NCBI GenBank assembly: GCA_019244185.1
Contig: JAFATB010000025.1
Coordinates: 224,001-288,000 of the forward strand
From: Acidobacteriota bacterium
GTDB lineage: Bacteria; Acidobacteriota; Thermoanaerobaculia; Gp7-AA8
Direction: 5' to 3'
Length of the DNA stretch: 64,000 bases
Both the position numbers and the translations under genes were made by a program. Within the stretch, counting starts at the first letter, position 1, and each line of letters begins with the position of its first letter. Below, piece after piece: positions 28,790-40,500 of the stretch. The notes under the pieces were generated by a model. It was not told the DNA's origin. It saw only the letters and a list, made by a program, of their open reading frames with translations, and made no database searches.

Positions 28790-29236
28790 CTGCTCGAAAT
28801 CGGCGTTCACGTCGCCGTCTTCGCCGCCTTCATCACCGCCCTCGTCACCACCTTCATCGCCGGGATCGCCCATGTGGCCCGGAGGATCGTTGGTCACGTC
28901 GGGATCGGGTGATTCGTAGGGCTTGCCGTTGTAGATCACCGTCGCGGTGTACGGAAAGACGTGTTTGACTGGGCCGGGGTTTTCATTGGTCTCGACCGAC
29001 ACGTACTTGTTGCCGTTCTGCATCGTCGGCGGCGTACCCGGATAGCCTGGCTCCGACGGCTTGAACACGATGCCGTCGGTCGGCGCGAAGGTCGCGCCCT
29101 TGGTCGACTGGTTGCTGAGAGTCCAGAAGAGCTTCGCGTTTTGCGAATGCGGGACAGGTACCGATTCCGGATCGAACTTCCACTGCGGGTTGCCGTCGTT
29201 GTAAAGAAAGGTCACCTCGATCGAATGATCGGCCAT
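28784..29236 (-). CDS. Small beta-rich protein resembling the DP-EP family
   Basis: Strong GGAGGAGG RBS; beta-strand pattern ending YESPDPDVTNDPP, then GDEGG acidic repeats. Confidence 0.7.
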   Translation of the reverse strand: MADHSIEVTFLYNDGNPQWKFDPESVPVPHSQNAKLFWTLSNQSTKGATFAPTDGIVFKPSEPGYPGTPPTMQNGNKYVSVETNENPGPVKHVFPYTATVIYNGKPYESPDPDVTNDPPGHMGDPGDEGGDEGGDEGGEDGDVNADFEQE

Positions 29237-29259
29237 GGGACTACCTCCTCCTTTTTTCC

Positions 29260-31770
<2,511 letters not shown>

Positions 31771-31873
31771 GGCGCGGACCTTCTCCTGCTGCTGATTGGT
31801 GAGACCCGCGGCATTGTAGCGCCTAAAGGAGTCACGCCGGAGGGCGCGTCAGGCGTAGGCCGAGGCGTAAGCC

Positions 31874-32671
31874 TCAGGCATAGGCATTGATGAAGTGCGC
31901 GGTGAGCTCGGCCGCGGCAACCAGTGCGAACGGCACGTCGATCAGCGGATGGATCGCATTGAACGTATGTCCCGCGCCGCCGATCATCGCGAACGACGCG
32001 TCGCGGTAGCGCGCCGCGAGCTCGCGCCCTTCCGCCGCGGGCACGCTGTCGTCGTCGCCGCCGTGGATCACCAGCAGCGGCACGCGCAGCAGCTCCGCCG
32101 CCGCGCCGATGTCGAGCCGCGCGCGGTGCGCCTCGTAGTCGTCGAGGATCTTCGTCGACAGGCGCATCACCTGTTTGGTACGCAGGTTGACTACCTCCGT
32201 GTACCCGCGCGTACGCCAGTCGCGTTTCGCCGCCTCGTCCCAGCGGTCCGCGCGGCCGATCGGGCTCCACGCCACGACGCCGCGCAGGCCCGGTACGTCG
32301 CCCGCGCCGAGGATGGCCACGCCGCCGCCGCGCGAATGCCCGAGCAGGAAGGTCGGCAGATGCGGGAGCCGCTGCTGCGCGTACGCGACGACCTTGCGCA
32401 GATCGGCGAGCTGCGTCGAATACGTATCGTCGGCGAAGAGGTCGAGGCGATCGAACGTTTCCGGATCGTCACCGATCCCCGAGCGCGACATGTTGAAGCG
32501 GCAGACCGCGAGCCGGTGCTGCGTCAGCCGGTGCGCGAGCCACGGAAAAAAGCTCCAGTCCTGAAAGCCTTTGAAGCCGTGCACGACGACCACGAGCGCG
32601 CGCGGCGACTCGGCCATCTCGAGAGTGCCGCGGATCGGAAGCCCTTCGTCGGAGTCGATGGTGAATCGCAC
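31874..32671 (-). CDS. Alpha/beta hydrolase
   Basis: HGFKGFQDW, GHSRGG, IHGGDDDSV, GAGHTF. Confidence 0.9.
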   Translation of the reverse strand: MRFTIDSDEGLPIRGTLEMAESPRALVVVVHGFKGFQDWSFFPWLAHRLTQHRLAVCRFNMSRSGIGDDPETFDRLDLFADDTYSTQLADLRKVVAYAQQRLPHLPTFLLGHSRGGGVAILGAGDVPGLRGVVAWSPIGRADRWDEAAKRDWRTRGYTEVVNLRTKQVMRLSTKILDDYEAHRARLDIGAAAELLRVPLLVIHGGDDDSVPAAEGRELAARYRDASFAMIGGAGHTFNAIHPLIDVPFALVAAAELTAHFINAYA

Positions 32672-32694
32672 GGTCGAGACGTTTGCAGCAGGAT

Positions 32695-33789
32695 TCAGAC
32701 GTTGAAGCGGAACAGGATCACGTCCCCATCCTGCACTTCATAATCCTTGCCTTCGCTGCGCATCTTCCCGGCCGCCTTCGCGCCCTGCTCGCCTTTGCAG
32801 GCGATGTAGTCGTCGAAGCCGATCGTCTCCGCGCGGATGAAACCGCGCTCGAAATCGCTGTGGATCTTCCCCGCCGCCTGCGGCGCGCGCGAGCCGCGAT
32901 GGATCGTCCAAGCGCGCGCTTCCTTCGGCCCGGCGGTGAAGAACGTCTCGAGGTCGAGCAGCTTGTACGCGGCGCGCACGAGGACGGCGAGGCCCGGCTC
33001 GTCGAGTCCCATCTCTTTCAGGAAATCGATCCGCTCTTCCGGCGGCAGCTGCGCGATCTGCGCCTCGAGCTCGCCGCAGATGACGACGATTTCCCCGCCC
33101 TTGTCCGCCGCGACACGCCGCAGTTTCTGCAGCAGCGGCGTTTCCTGCCCGAGATCGTTCTCGGCGACGTTCGCGACGTAGAGGACGGGCTTCATCGTGA
33201 TGAGGTTCAGCTCCGCGAGCGCGTCGCGTTCCTCGTCCGAGAGTCCCGCCGCGCGCAGCGGCGTCCCTTTCTCGACTGCCGCGATCGCCTTCGCCAGCGC
33301 CTCGGCTTGCCCCGCGTATTCTTTCTGGCCGACGCGCGCGAGCCGCGAGACGCGCTCGTTGCGCTTCGCCAGCGCATCGAGATCGGCGAGCAGCAGCTCG
33401 GTCTCGATCACTTCGACGTCGCGCTCCGGATCGACCGAGCCTTCGACGTGCACGACGTTCGGATCGTCGAAGCAGCGCACGACGTGGAGGATCGCGTCCG
33501 TCTCACGGATGTTCGCGAGGAACTGATTGCCCAACCCCTCGCCTTTGCTCGCGCCGCGCACGAGGCCGGCGATGTCGACGACTTTGAGATCGGTGAAGAC
33601 GATCTGCTTGCTCTCGGCGAGCTTCGCGATGGTGACGAGGCGCGGATCGTTGACGGGCACGATGCCGACGTTCGGCTCGATCGTGCAGAACGGATAGTTC
33701 GCGCTCTGCGCGCCGGCGGCGGTGAGCGCATTGAAGATCGTCGACTTGCCGACGTTCGGCAGCCCGACGATACCTACGGAGAGACCCAT
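32695..33789 (-). CDS. ychF: Redox-regulated ATPase YchF (Obg family)
   Basis: GIVGLPNVGKST, ANYPFCTIEPN, DIAGLVRGASKGEGLGNQFL, EGKDYEVQDGD. Confidence 0.98.
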   Translation of the reverse strand: MGLSVGIVGLPNVGKSTIFNALTAAGAQSANYPFCTIEPNVGIVPVNDPRLVTIAKLAESKQIVFTDLKVVDIAGLVRGASKGEGLGNQFLANIRETDAILHVVRCFDDPNVVHVEGSVDPERDVEVIETELLLADLDALAKRNERVSRLARVGQKEYAGQAEALAKAIAAVEKGTPLRAAGLSDEERDALAELNLITMKPVLYVANVAENDLGQETPLLQKLRRVAADKGGEIVVICGELEAQIAQLPPEERIDFLKEMGLDEPGLAVLVRAAYKLLDLETFFTAGPKEARAWTIHRGSRAPQAAGKIHSDFERGFIRAETIGFDDYIACKGEQGAKAAGKMRSEGKDYEVQDGDVILFRFNV

Positions 33790-33793
33790 GCGG

Positions 33794-34720
33794 TTAACTG
33801 CTCCTTCGCGCCTGTTCCAGCGCGCCCAACAGCCCGACCTCTTCGTTGGTGATGAGGTCGACGGGGATGGTTTCCATCAACCCGCGAAACCGTCCTTTAC
33901 GCAGAAAGGCTTCGACGAATTTCCCATCGGTGAACCAGCGCACGTTTTTCGCGGCGATTCCGCCCGCGAGAAACACGCCTCCACGCGCCAGCACGCGCAA
34001 GGCCATGTTCCCCGCCTCGGCACCATAGATGTCGACGAAGATCGTGAACGCGCGCGCCGCACGTTCGTCGCCGGCATCGGCGCGCTCGGCGATCTCGGCG
34101 GGGTCGAGCTCCTCCCCGCCGAGGAACGTAAAGATGTTGACCAAACCCATGCCGGACAGCAGCCGCTCCCAGCTGACATGGCCGCCGTACCGCGCCTGCA
34201 GCGCGAGAAAGAGCCGCGCCTGCTCTTCGTCCTGCGGCGCGAAGTCGGCGTGGCCGCCTTCGGTGGAGATGACGTGATGGATGTTGTGATGCGTCGTGAC
34301 GATGGCCTGCCCGAGACCGGTGCCCGCGCCGAGGATCGCCATCGGCGCGCCGCGGTCGCGCGTGCCGGCATGCAGTGAAAGCAGGTCCTTCTCGCCGAGG
34401 AGCGGCACGCCCATGGCGATGCCGTAGAAATCGTTGATGAGCGCCACGTGCGCGATCGAGAACTGCCGCGCGAGCGCCGCCTCGTCGATCGTCCAGCCGA
34501 CGTTCGTCACTTCCGCGCGCCGCGCGTAGACCGGACCCGCGACGGCGAAACACGCGGAATCGACGGGACCGTGAATGCGGCCGAGAAAGTCGCGCACGAG
34601 GTCGTCGAACGTCGCGAAGGCGCTGCTGTCGTAACGCTCCTCGTGCAGCGTCGAACCGTCCGCCTCGATGCAGCGCAGCAGCGTCTTCGTGCCGCCGACG
34701 TCGCCGCCGAGAAGCCTCAC
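33794..34720 (-). CDS. glk: Glucokinase
   Basis: GDVGGTKT, AVAGPV, INDF, GAGTGLG, EGGHADFAP, AGGIA. Confidence 0.93.
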   Translation of the reverse strand: MRLLGGDVGGTKTLLRCIEADGSTLHEERYDSSAFATFDDLVRDFLGRIHGPVDSACFAVAGPVYARRAEVTNVGWTIDEAALARQFSIAHVALINDFYGIAMGVPLLGEKDLLSLHAGTRDRGAPMAILGAGTGLGQAIVTTHHNIHHVISTEGGHADFAPQDEEQARLFLALQARYGGHVSWERLLSGMGLVNIFTFLGGEELDPAEIAERADAGDERAARAFTIFVDIYGAEAGNMALRVLARGGVFLAGGIAAKNVRWFTDGKFVEAFLRKGRFRGLMETIPVDLITNEEVGLLGALEQARRSS

Positions 34721-35259
34721 GCGGACTCCACCAGCGCCTTCAGCCGCGCCAGCGCCGCCGACCAGAACTCCTTCTTCTCCGCGACCGCATCCTTGCTCGC
34801 CAGCTTCGCGTGCTCGACCGCGACGACGGAACGACCGCCGTCTTTGGTCGAGAAGTTGACGTCGACGTTCGTGTCGTCGCCCCACGTGATGCGCAGCGAC
34901 TTCACGTCCGATGCCTTGCGGACGGTCAGCTTCTCGCGCCCGAGCCAGCGCGCGCGGCGGCGGCCGTCCGTCCACGCCGCGTACACCTCGTCCACCGGCG
35001 CGGCGATGGTGCGGCTGACGTTCGCGACGTAGCCGCCCGCGGTCTGATGCACCTCGCGCAGTCCGCGCTCGCGCTCGTACGTCACCGTGACCATCTGCTG
35101 CCACCACGGCGTCGCGCCGTACTTGTCGCCGACGATGGCCACGATCTCCTGATGCGAGCGTTTCCGCGCGCCTTCTTTGTCGAGGATGCGCAGCCATTCG
35201 CTCCAGTCGCGTCCCGTAGCCTTGCGCACCGCGTCGTCGCCGATTGCTCTCATCGCCAT
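34717..35259 (-). CDS. DUF4287-like / SRPBCC-fold hypothetical protein
   Basis: AVRKATGRDWSEW...WWQQMVTVTYER...VSRTIAAPVDEVYAAW. Confidence 0.75.
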   Translation of the reverse strand: MAMRAIGDDAVRKATGRDWSEWLRILDKEGARKRSHQEIVAIVGDKYGATPWWQQMVTVTYERERGLREVHQTAGGYVANVSRTIAAPVDEVYAAWTDGRRRARWLGREKLTVRKASDVKSLRITWGDDTNVDVNFSTKDGGRSVVAVEHAKLASKDAVAEKKEFWSAALARLKALVESA

Positions 35260-35269
35260 CGCTCACCTC

Positions 35270-35773
35270 TCACGCGAACGGATTTTCGTCCGCGCTCGTC
35301 CCGTAGATCGCCGGCACCGGCACGTCGAGGAGCCGCAGGTAAACCGAGAGTTGCCCGCGGTGATGATAGGAATGATTGAGGAGGATGTTGCGGACGACGC
35401 CGATCTTCGGGAACGTGCGCAGCACGGTGTCGCCGCGGCGCAGATGAAAGTCCTGCTTGAGCTCTTCGTCGGAGAGTCCGCGCAGGTACTCGGTCGCCGC
35501 CGCGAGGTTGTCGCGGAAGCGCTGCACGATCGCGGCGCTGCTGCCCGGATCTTCCGTCGACGGACGCGCGCTGCCCATGTCGAGGAAGCCGTCGCGGAGG
35601 CGCTTCTCGACGATCGACGGAATCGCGGCGATGTGCGATGCGAGGCGGCCGAGGGTCATCGAGCGCTCGTGCGGCGCCCAGCCGAGCTTGTCGTCGGGCA
35701 CGCGTTCGAGGATGCGGATCGTCGACGCCGCTTCCATGTCGAGCTCCGACAGAACGTAGTTGATGATGGCCAT
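35270..35773 (-). CDS. DinB/YfiT-like four-helix-bundle protein
   Basis: PHERSMTLGRLASHIA, NHSYHHRGQLSVYLR, YGTSADE. Confidence 0.9.
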   Translation of the reverse strand: MAIINYVLSELDMEAASTIRILERVPDDKLGWAPHERSMTLGRLASHIAAIPSIVEKRLRDGFLDMGSARPSTEDPGSSAAIVQRFRDNLAAATEYLRGLSDEELKQDFHLRRGDTVLRTFPKIGVVRNILLNHSYHHRGQLSVYLRLLDVPVPAIYGTSADENPFA

Positions 35774-35811
35774 GAAGTTCCTCCCGAAACGCGAATATAT
35801 ACTTCTCGCAC

Positions 35812-36348
35812 ATGCCATCCGGGGGGGAGCCGCCCGCAGCGGAGCCGGCCGGCTCGGTTGCCGGCGTCGAAGACGCCTATAAAGCCCATTCGGCGCTGCT
35901 GCGCGACATCGCGGAGAAGAAGTTCAACATCCCGGCCGGCGACGCGGAGAGCGTCGTCAGCGAGGTGTTCACCGCGTATCTCGTGCGGCGCGATCAGGTG
36001 CGCGACGCGCGCAAGTGGCTGATCGGCGCGGTTTGCCATGCGAGCCGCGCGTACTGGCGCGTGGCCACGAAGACCGCGCCGCTGCCGTCGGATGTGGCCG
36101 AATACACCGATCCGCGGTCGGCAGGACTGGAAGGGCGCATCCTCGACCGCGTTACGATGGCCGCGGCGCTCAACCTGGTCGGCCCGAAGTGCCGGGAGAC
36201 CCTCCGCCTCTACTACGCCGAGGGCTACTCGGCCGCGGAAATCGCCGAACACTACGGCACCACGACCGGGTACGTCATGCAACTCCTCCACGCGTGCCGG
36301 AATCGCATGCGGAAGGCGTATGACGAGCTGCGGAAGGACAAGGGTTGA
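35812..36348 (+). CDS. ECF-type sigma-70 factor
   Basis: DAESVVSEVF (region 2), WLIGAVCHAS, region 4 CRETLRLYYAEGYSAAEIAEHYG. Confidence 0.88.
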   Translation: MPSGGEPPAAEPAGSVAGVEDAYKAHSALLRDIAEKKFNIPAGDAESVVSEVFTAYLVRRDQVRDARKWLIGAVCHASRAYWRVATKTAPLPSDVAEYTDPRSAGLEGRILDRVTMAAALNLVGPKCRETLRLYYAEGYSAAEIAEHYGTTTGYVMQLLHACRNRMRKAYDELRKDKG

Positions 36349-37706
36349 CGCGGCATTACGACGAGTGGGTGCTGCAGGATTACCTGGACGATCCTGACAG
36401 CGTCGGAGACCGCGCGGAGCTGGAAGAGCATCTCGCCGGCTGCGCGGAATGCCGCGCCGTGCTCGACGAGCTGCGCGCGTTCGAAGCGGCGCTCGCGGGC
36501 GACGAGCTGTGGGAGCTCGCCGGCGATGCGCCGCCGCGCGAGGAAGAGACACCCGAGGCGCTGCGCGCGCTCGCCGATCTCTTCGAGCGCGAAGACCGCG
36601 AAGCCTCCGAGCTCCTCGGCACACTGCTCGCCAGTCCCGCCTCGTTCCGCCGCGCGAACATCACCTCGCAGCCGGCGATGCGCACGGCCGGCGTCGTGCG
36701 CCGCCTCTGCAGCGAGTCGCGCACGCTGCGCGAACGGCAGCCGATGCACGCGCTCGTCGTCGCCGACGCGGCGATCGCGATCGGCGATCAGCTCTCGCCG
36801 GAGCGCTATCCCTCCGCGCTCATCGACGAGCTGCGCGCCGCCGCGTGGCTCGAGCGCGCGAATGTTCTTCGCTACCTCGGCCGCTATCCCGAGGCGCTCG
36901 ACGCGCTCGACATCGCCGAACGCGGCTTCGCGCGGTCGCCGGTCGCGGCGTATTCACGCGCGCTCGTCGACTACGTGCGCGCGGTCGTCTTCGTCGAAAC
37001 GGAACGGCTCGATGAAGGACGCCGCCTCGCTCGCAACAGCGCGCGCGTGTTCCGCCAGTTCGGCGAGGACGAGCGCTTCATCCACGCGAAGATCGTCGAG
37101 GCGTCGGTGCTGTTCGATCAGCATCGCTACCGCGAGGCGCGCGATCTCTTTCTCTCGCTCGTGCGCGTGGCGACCGCCGTCGGTCAGGGCGCGACGCTGG
37201 CGCGGCTCTACCAGAACGTCGCCACGTGTCATCTGCGCCTCAACGAGCTCGACGCCGCCGACACGTACTTCGAGCGCGCGCTCTCGCTCTATCGCGCCCT
37301 CGGGCTCGAGACGGAACGCGTGCGGACGCAGTGGAGCGTCGGCTGCGTGCGCATCGCGCGCGGCGACATCGCGGTCGGCCTGGGGCAGTTGCGCGAGGCA
37401 AGGCGCGAGTTCGCCGAGCTCGGGCTGCGCAGCGACGCGGCGCTGGTGACGCTCGACCTCGCGGAGACGCTGCTCGCCACCGGCACGCGCCCCGCGATCG
37501 CCGAGGCGGCGGAGCTGTGCGGCGCGCTCGTCGAGAGCTTCACCGCCGTCGGCATGACCGGGCACGCGCTCACCGCGCTGGCGTTCCTGCGCGAGGCGTT
37601 CGCCGCCGGAACGGCCACGCCGGATCTCGTCCGGCACATCCGGCAGTACATCGAGAGCCTGCCCGATCAGCGCGACCTCCCCTTCCTTCCGCCACCCCGC
37701 CTATAA
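36345..37706 (+). CDS. zf-HC2 zinc-binding anti-sigma domain fused to TPR repeats
   Basis: EEHLAGCAECR (HxxxCxxC); TPR-like helices; overlaps the sigma stop; no clear TM segment. Confidence 0.85.
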   Translation: MTRHYDEWVLQDYLDDPDSVGDRAELEEHLAGCAECRAVLDELRAFEAALAGDELWELAGDAPPREEETPEALRALADLFEREDREASELLGTLLASPASFRRANITSQPAMRTAGVVRRLCSESRTLRERQPMHALVVADAAIAIGDQLSPERYPSALIDELRAAAWLERANVLRYLGRYPEALDALDIAERGFARSPVAAYSRALVDYVRAVVFVETERLDEGRRLARNSARVFRQFGEDERFIHAKIVEASVLFDQHRYREARDLFLSLVRVATAVGQGATLARLYQNVATCHLRLNELDAADTYFERALSLYRALGLETERVRTQWSVGCVRIARGDIAVGLGQLREARREFAELGLRSDAALVTLDLAETLLATGTRPAIAEAAELCGALVESFTAVGMTGHALTALAFLREAFAAGTATPDLVRHIRQYIESLPDQRDLPFLPPPRL

Positions 37707-37783
37707 GGTTTTCCCGAGTCACGACACTCCCTTTTTGAGGGCCCTCCATCACAACGCCTTTCGGGGCGGAAGGAGGGGTGCGC

Positions 37784-37852
37784 GTGGATGTCGTTCTCAT
37801 TCTCGCCACGATGGTGGTGGTGTATCACCGTCTGTCCATCCCCGGGTCGTAA
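37784..37852 (+). CDS. Putative 22-aa hydrophobic small protein MDVVLILATMVVVYHRLSIPGS
   Basis: AGGAGG at 37771-37776 seven nt before GTG; TAA stop; embedded in structured non-coding sequence. Confidence 0.45.
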   Translation: MDVVLILATMVVVYHRLSIPGS

Positions 37853-37899
37853 CCTTCCAGGCATGCAGTAAACCCTCTCAACGAGGCGGGGAGAGGGTG

Positions 37900-37969
37900 C
37901 CGGGCTCCGGATGAAGGATCGCTTGAAGCCCATTCCTTCGACGACACTCACCCTTCATTCGGAGCCCGG
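37900..37969. other. 18-bp stem-loop (structured RNA or terminator)
   Basis: CCGGGCTCCGGATGAAGG pairs with CCTTCATTCGGAGCCCGG (one G-U); preceded by ACCCTCTC/GAGAGGGT hairpin at 37872-37898. Confidence 0.65.
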
Positions 37970-38050
37970 ATCTTGCCGGCCCGGCCGGCAGCGCTGGTTG
38001 GCCCAGCCTTCTTCCGGCTCGCTGCTTGACCGCACACCGTTCGCAGTCTT

Positions 38051-39268
38051 CTAGTTCGCTTCAGGATCCAACTTCACCTTGATCCAGCCCGCCTCGCGGC
38101 GGTCGAAGTGCTCGTACGCTTCGATCGCGCCGGTCATCGGCGTCTCCTGCGTGAGGATCACCGCCGGATCGATCGCGCCGGCCTGCACGAGCTCGATGAG
38201 CTCGGGGATGTATTTGCGGTGGTGGCAGTTGCCCATCTGCACGGTGAGGTTCTTGTTCATGGCCATGCCGATCGGGAACGTCTTCGCCGTCTCGGGATAG
38301 ACGCCGATGATCGAGAGCGTGCCCGCCTTCGCGAGCGACTCGACCGCCCACGACAGGACGAGCGACGGCGCATCGCCGGGATGCCACAGATCGCCGTCGG
38401 TATTCTGCTTCGGCGCGATCTCTTTCTGCTCTTCCTCGAACTTCTCTTTCTGCGGCGCGGTCGCTTTCGCGGCCGGTCCGTGATGCGGACGCACGGCGTC
38501 GACGCCGACGGCATCGATGGCGCGGTCGACGCCGATCTTTCCGGTGAGGCGCTTGAGCGTGAGCACGGGATGCTCTTCCTCGAAGTTGATCGCCTCCGCG
38601 CCGAGCTCGCGCGCCTTGTCGAGCCGCGACGGTATGCAGTCAACGGCGAGCACGCGTCCCGCGCCGAGAAGCCGCGCGCTGGCGATGGCGAACAGGCCGA
38701 CCGGGCCGCAGCCGAACACCCCGACCGTGTCGCCATCGCGGATCTCCGCGAGGTCCGCGCCCATGAAGCCGGTTGGAAAGATGTCGGAGAGCAGGATCGC
38801 GCGGTCGTCGTCGAGCGCATCGGGAAGCTTCACCAGTCCCACATGCGCGAACGGCACGCGCACTTTCTCGGCCTGCATGCCGTCGAAGCCGCCGCTCGTC
38901 TCCGGTCCGCCGAAGAACGCGGTGCCGGCCTCGCGTCCTTTCGGGTTGGCCTCGTCGCATTGCGCGAAGTAGCCGGCGCGGCAATACGCGCACGAGCCGC
39001 ATGCGATCGTCGACGGGATGACGACGCGGTCGCCGGGCCGCAGATTGCGCACGTCCTTGCCGACTTCCTCGACGATGCCGACGCCTTCATGGCCGAGGAT
39101 CGTGCCCTTCTTCATGCCCGGCATGGTGCCGCGGATCATGTGCAGGTCGGTGCCGCAGATCGCGCTCGCGGTCAGCCGCACGATCGCGTCCGTGGCCTCG
39201 CGAATCTTCGGCTCCTTCACCTCGTCGAGCCGGATGTCTCCAATTCCGTGAAAAACCACCGCCTTCAT
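38051..39268 (-). CDS. Zinc-dependent alcohol/formaldehyde dehydrogenase (MDR family)
   Basis: AICGTDLH, GHEGVG, CGSCAYC...C, LSDIFPTG, GCGPVG. Confidence 0.95.
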   Translation of the reverse strand: MKAVVFHGIGDIRLDEVKEPKIREATDAIVRLTASAICGTDLHMIRGTMPGMKKGTILGHEGVGIVEEVGKDVRNLRPGDRVVIPSTIACGSCAYCRAGYFAQCDEANPKGREAGTAFFGGPETSGGFDGMQAEKVRVPFAHVGLVKLPDALDDDRAILLSDIFPTGFMGADLAEIRDGDTVGVFGCGPVGLFAIASARLLGAGRVLAVDCIPSRLDKARELGAEAINFEEEHPVLTLKRLTGKIGVDRAIDAVGVDAVRPHHGPAAKATAPQKEKFEEEQKEIAPKQNTDGDLWHPGDAPSLVLSWAVESLAKAGTLSIIGVYPETAKTFPIGMAMNKNLTVQMGNCHHRKYIPELIELVQAGAIDPAVILTQETPMTGAIEAYEHFDRREAGWIKVKLDPEAN

Positions 39269-39346
39269 GGAACTCCTCCTCTTTTGCTGCTGGTGCAAAG
39301 GGGGTGCGCGCTTCCAGGAGGGCACGACGTCACCGCCGGCGCCGCT

Positions 39347-39808
39347 TCACTGACGGCGTGACGATGCGCGGTACGCGCGCGGGTACGCGAACCAGAGCAG
39401 GAGGAACAGCGCGAAGAGGACCGCGGCGACCGCGCCGCTCAGCGCGGAATCGTGCAGCACCATGTTCAGCACCAGAAAGACGTCGAGCGAGATGCCGCCC
39501 GCCAGCGCGACCATCGCCGAGAGGAGCAAACGCGACGCGGAGCTCAGGAACCGATCCGTTGCTTCCCGCGGCTCCGCCTGACGATGCAGCGCCGCGGGCG
39601 TCATGAGCAGCGCGATCGCCACGACGACCAGCACGATCGCGGACAGATGCAGTTCCTGCTCGCGCGGCGCGAGCCGTTCGAAGAAGCCATTGTTAAAGAC
39701 CGCGATCATCTGGAACCCGAACAGCGCCTGAATGCCCGGCAGCACCATGCGGCATTCATCGAGGAGGTCGCTGACCGCGTCGGAGAGTTTCAGCTCTTCC
39801 CGTTCCAT
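39347..39808 (-). CDS. DUF6328-like membrane protein
   Basis: ECRMVLPGIQALFGFQ...MTPAALHR; four TM segments. Confidence 0.8.
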   Translation of the reverse strand: MEREELKLSDAVSDLLDECRMVLPGIQALFGFQMIAVFNNGFFERLAPREQELHLSAIVLVVVAIALLMTPAALHRQAEPREATDRFLSSASRLLLSAMVALAGGISLDVFLVLNMVLHDSALSGAVAAVLFALFLLLWFAYPRAYRASSRRQ

Positions 39809-39830
39809 ACGACGTCGCACGCGCGCAGTA

Positions 39831-39844
39831 GCAGAAATGCTGCC
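39831..39844 (-). promoter_or_regulatory. Putative sigma54 -24/-12 promoter
   Basis: Minus strand GG-CAGCATTTCT-GC upstream of the DUF6328-like gene. Confidence 0.5.
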
Positions 39845-39922
39845 TTTTCCCTTGACTTAGCATGGGATACGGCGCAGATTTGCACATCGCGTAACCTTTG
39901 GTCGTCTCCTTAAGGTCTTCCC

Positions 39923-40339
39923 ATGGTGTCCACAGGCGAGGTTCTCATCGCCGATGACGATGCCGCCACGTGCAGCCTGCTCGCGGCCATCGTCCTGCGG
40001 CGCGGTCTCCGTCCCGTCGTCGTCACCGACGGACGGCGTGCCGTGACCCTGCTCTCCTCGCACGATTACACCGCCATCCTGCTCGACCTGCTCATGCCCG
40101 AAGTAAGCGGCGTCGAGGTCCTGGCGTGGCTCGCGTCGACCAAGCCAGAGGCGCTGCGCAATGTGATCGTGGTGACGGCCGCGCACGAAAGCGCGTGGGC
40201 CGCATGCCCCGAGATCGCGTTCATCCGCGGCCTCCACCGCAAGCCGTTCGATCTCGATCAGCTGATCGATGCGATCGACGCCTGCCGCGACGCGCAGGAA
40301 GAACGTCCCGGCGATCAGCAGCCGCGAAAATCACGCTGA
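39923..40339 (+). CDS. Single-domain response regulator
   Basis: VLIADDD...ILLDLLMP...VVTA...RKPF. Confidence 0.9.
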   Translation: MVSTGEVLIADDDAATCSLLAAIVLRRGLRPVVVTDGRRAVTLLSSHDYTAILLDLLMPEVSGVEVLAWLASTKPEALRNVIVVTAAHESAWAACPEIAFIRGLHRKPFDLDQLIDAIDACRDAQEERPGDQQPRKSR

Positions 40340-40500
40340 CCGCCGGGACCCGGCAGGGACAGGCCGGCGCCGCACTGCAGGCGGCCCGGTGCCTCGAAGG
40401 AAACGCGCGACGCCGGCCGTTTTGCAGATCCTGCAAAATTCGTGCGCTCCATCCAAAACCCTGAACGGCGTTTTCGCTGAGGCTGGTCTATCATCCTTCG

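Noticed and set aside
35270-35773. Functional link between the DinB-family protein and dinB polymerase
   Set aside because: Name overlap only; they are unrelated folds 15 kb apart
39871-39883. Sigma54-like motifs before 39923, 13636 and 63136
   Set aside because: GG-GC spacing is 9 rather than 10, or the -12 element is missing; not counted
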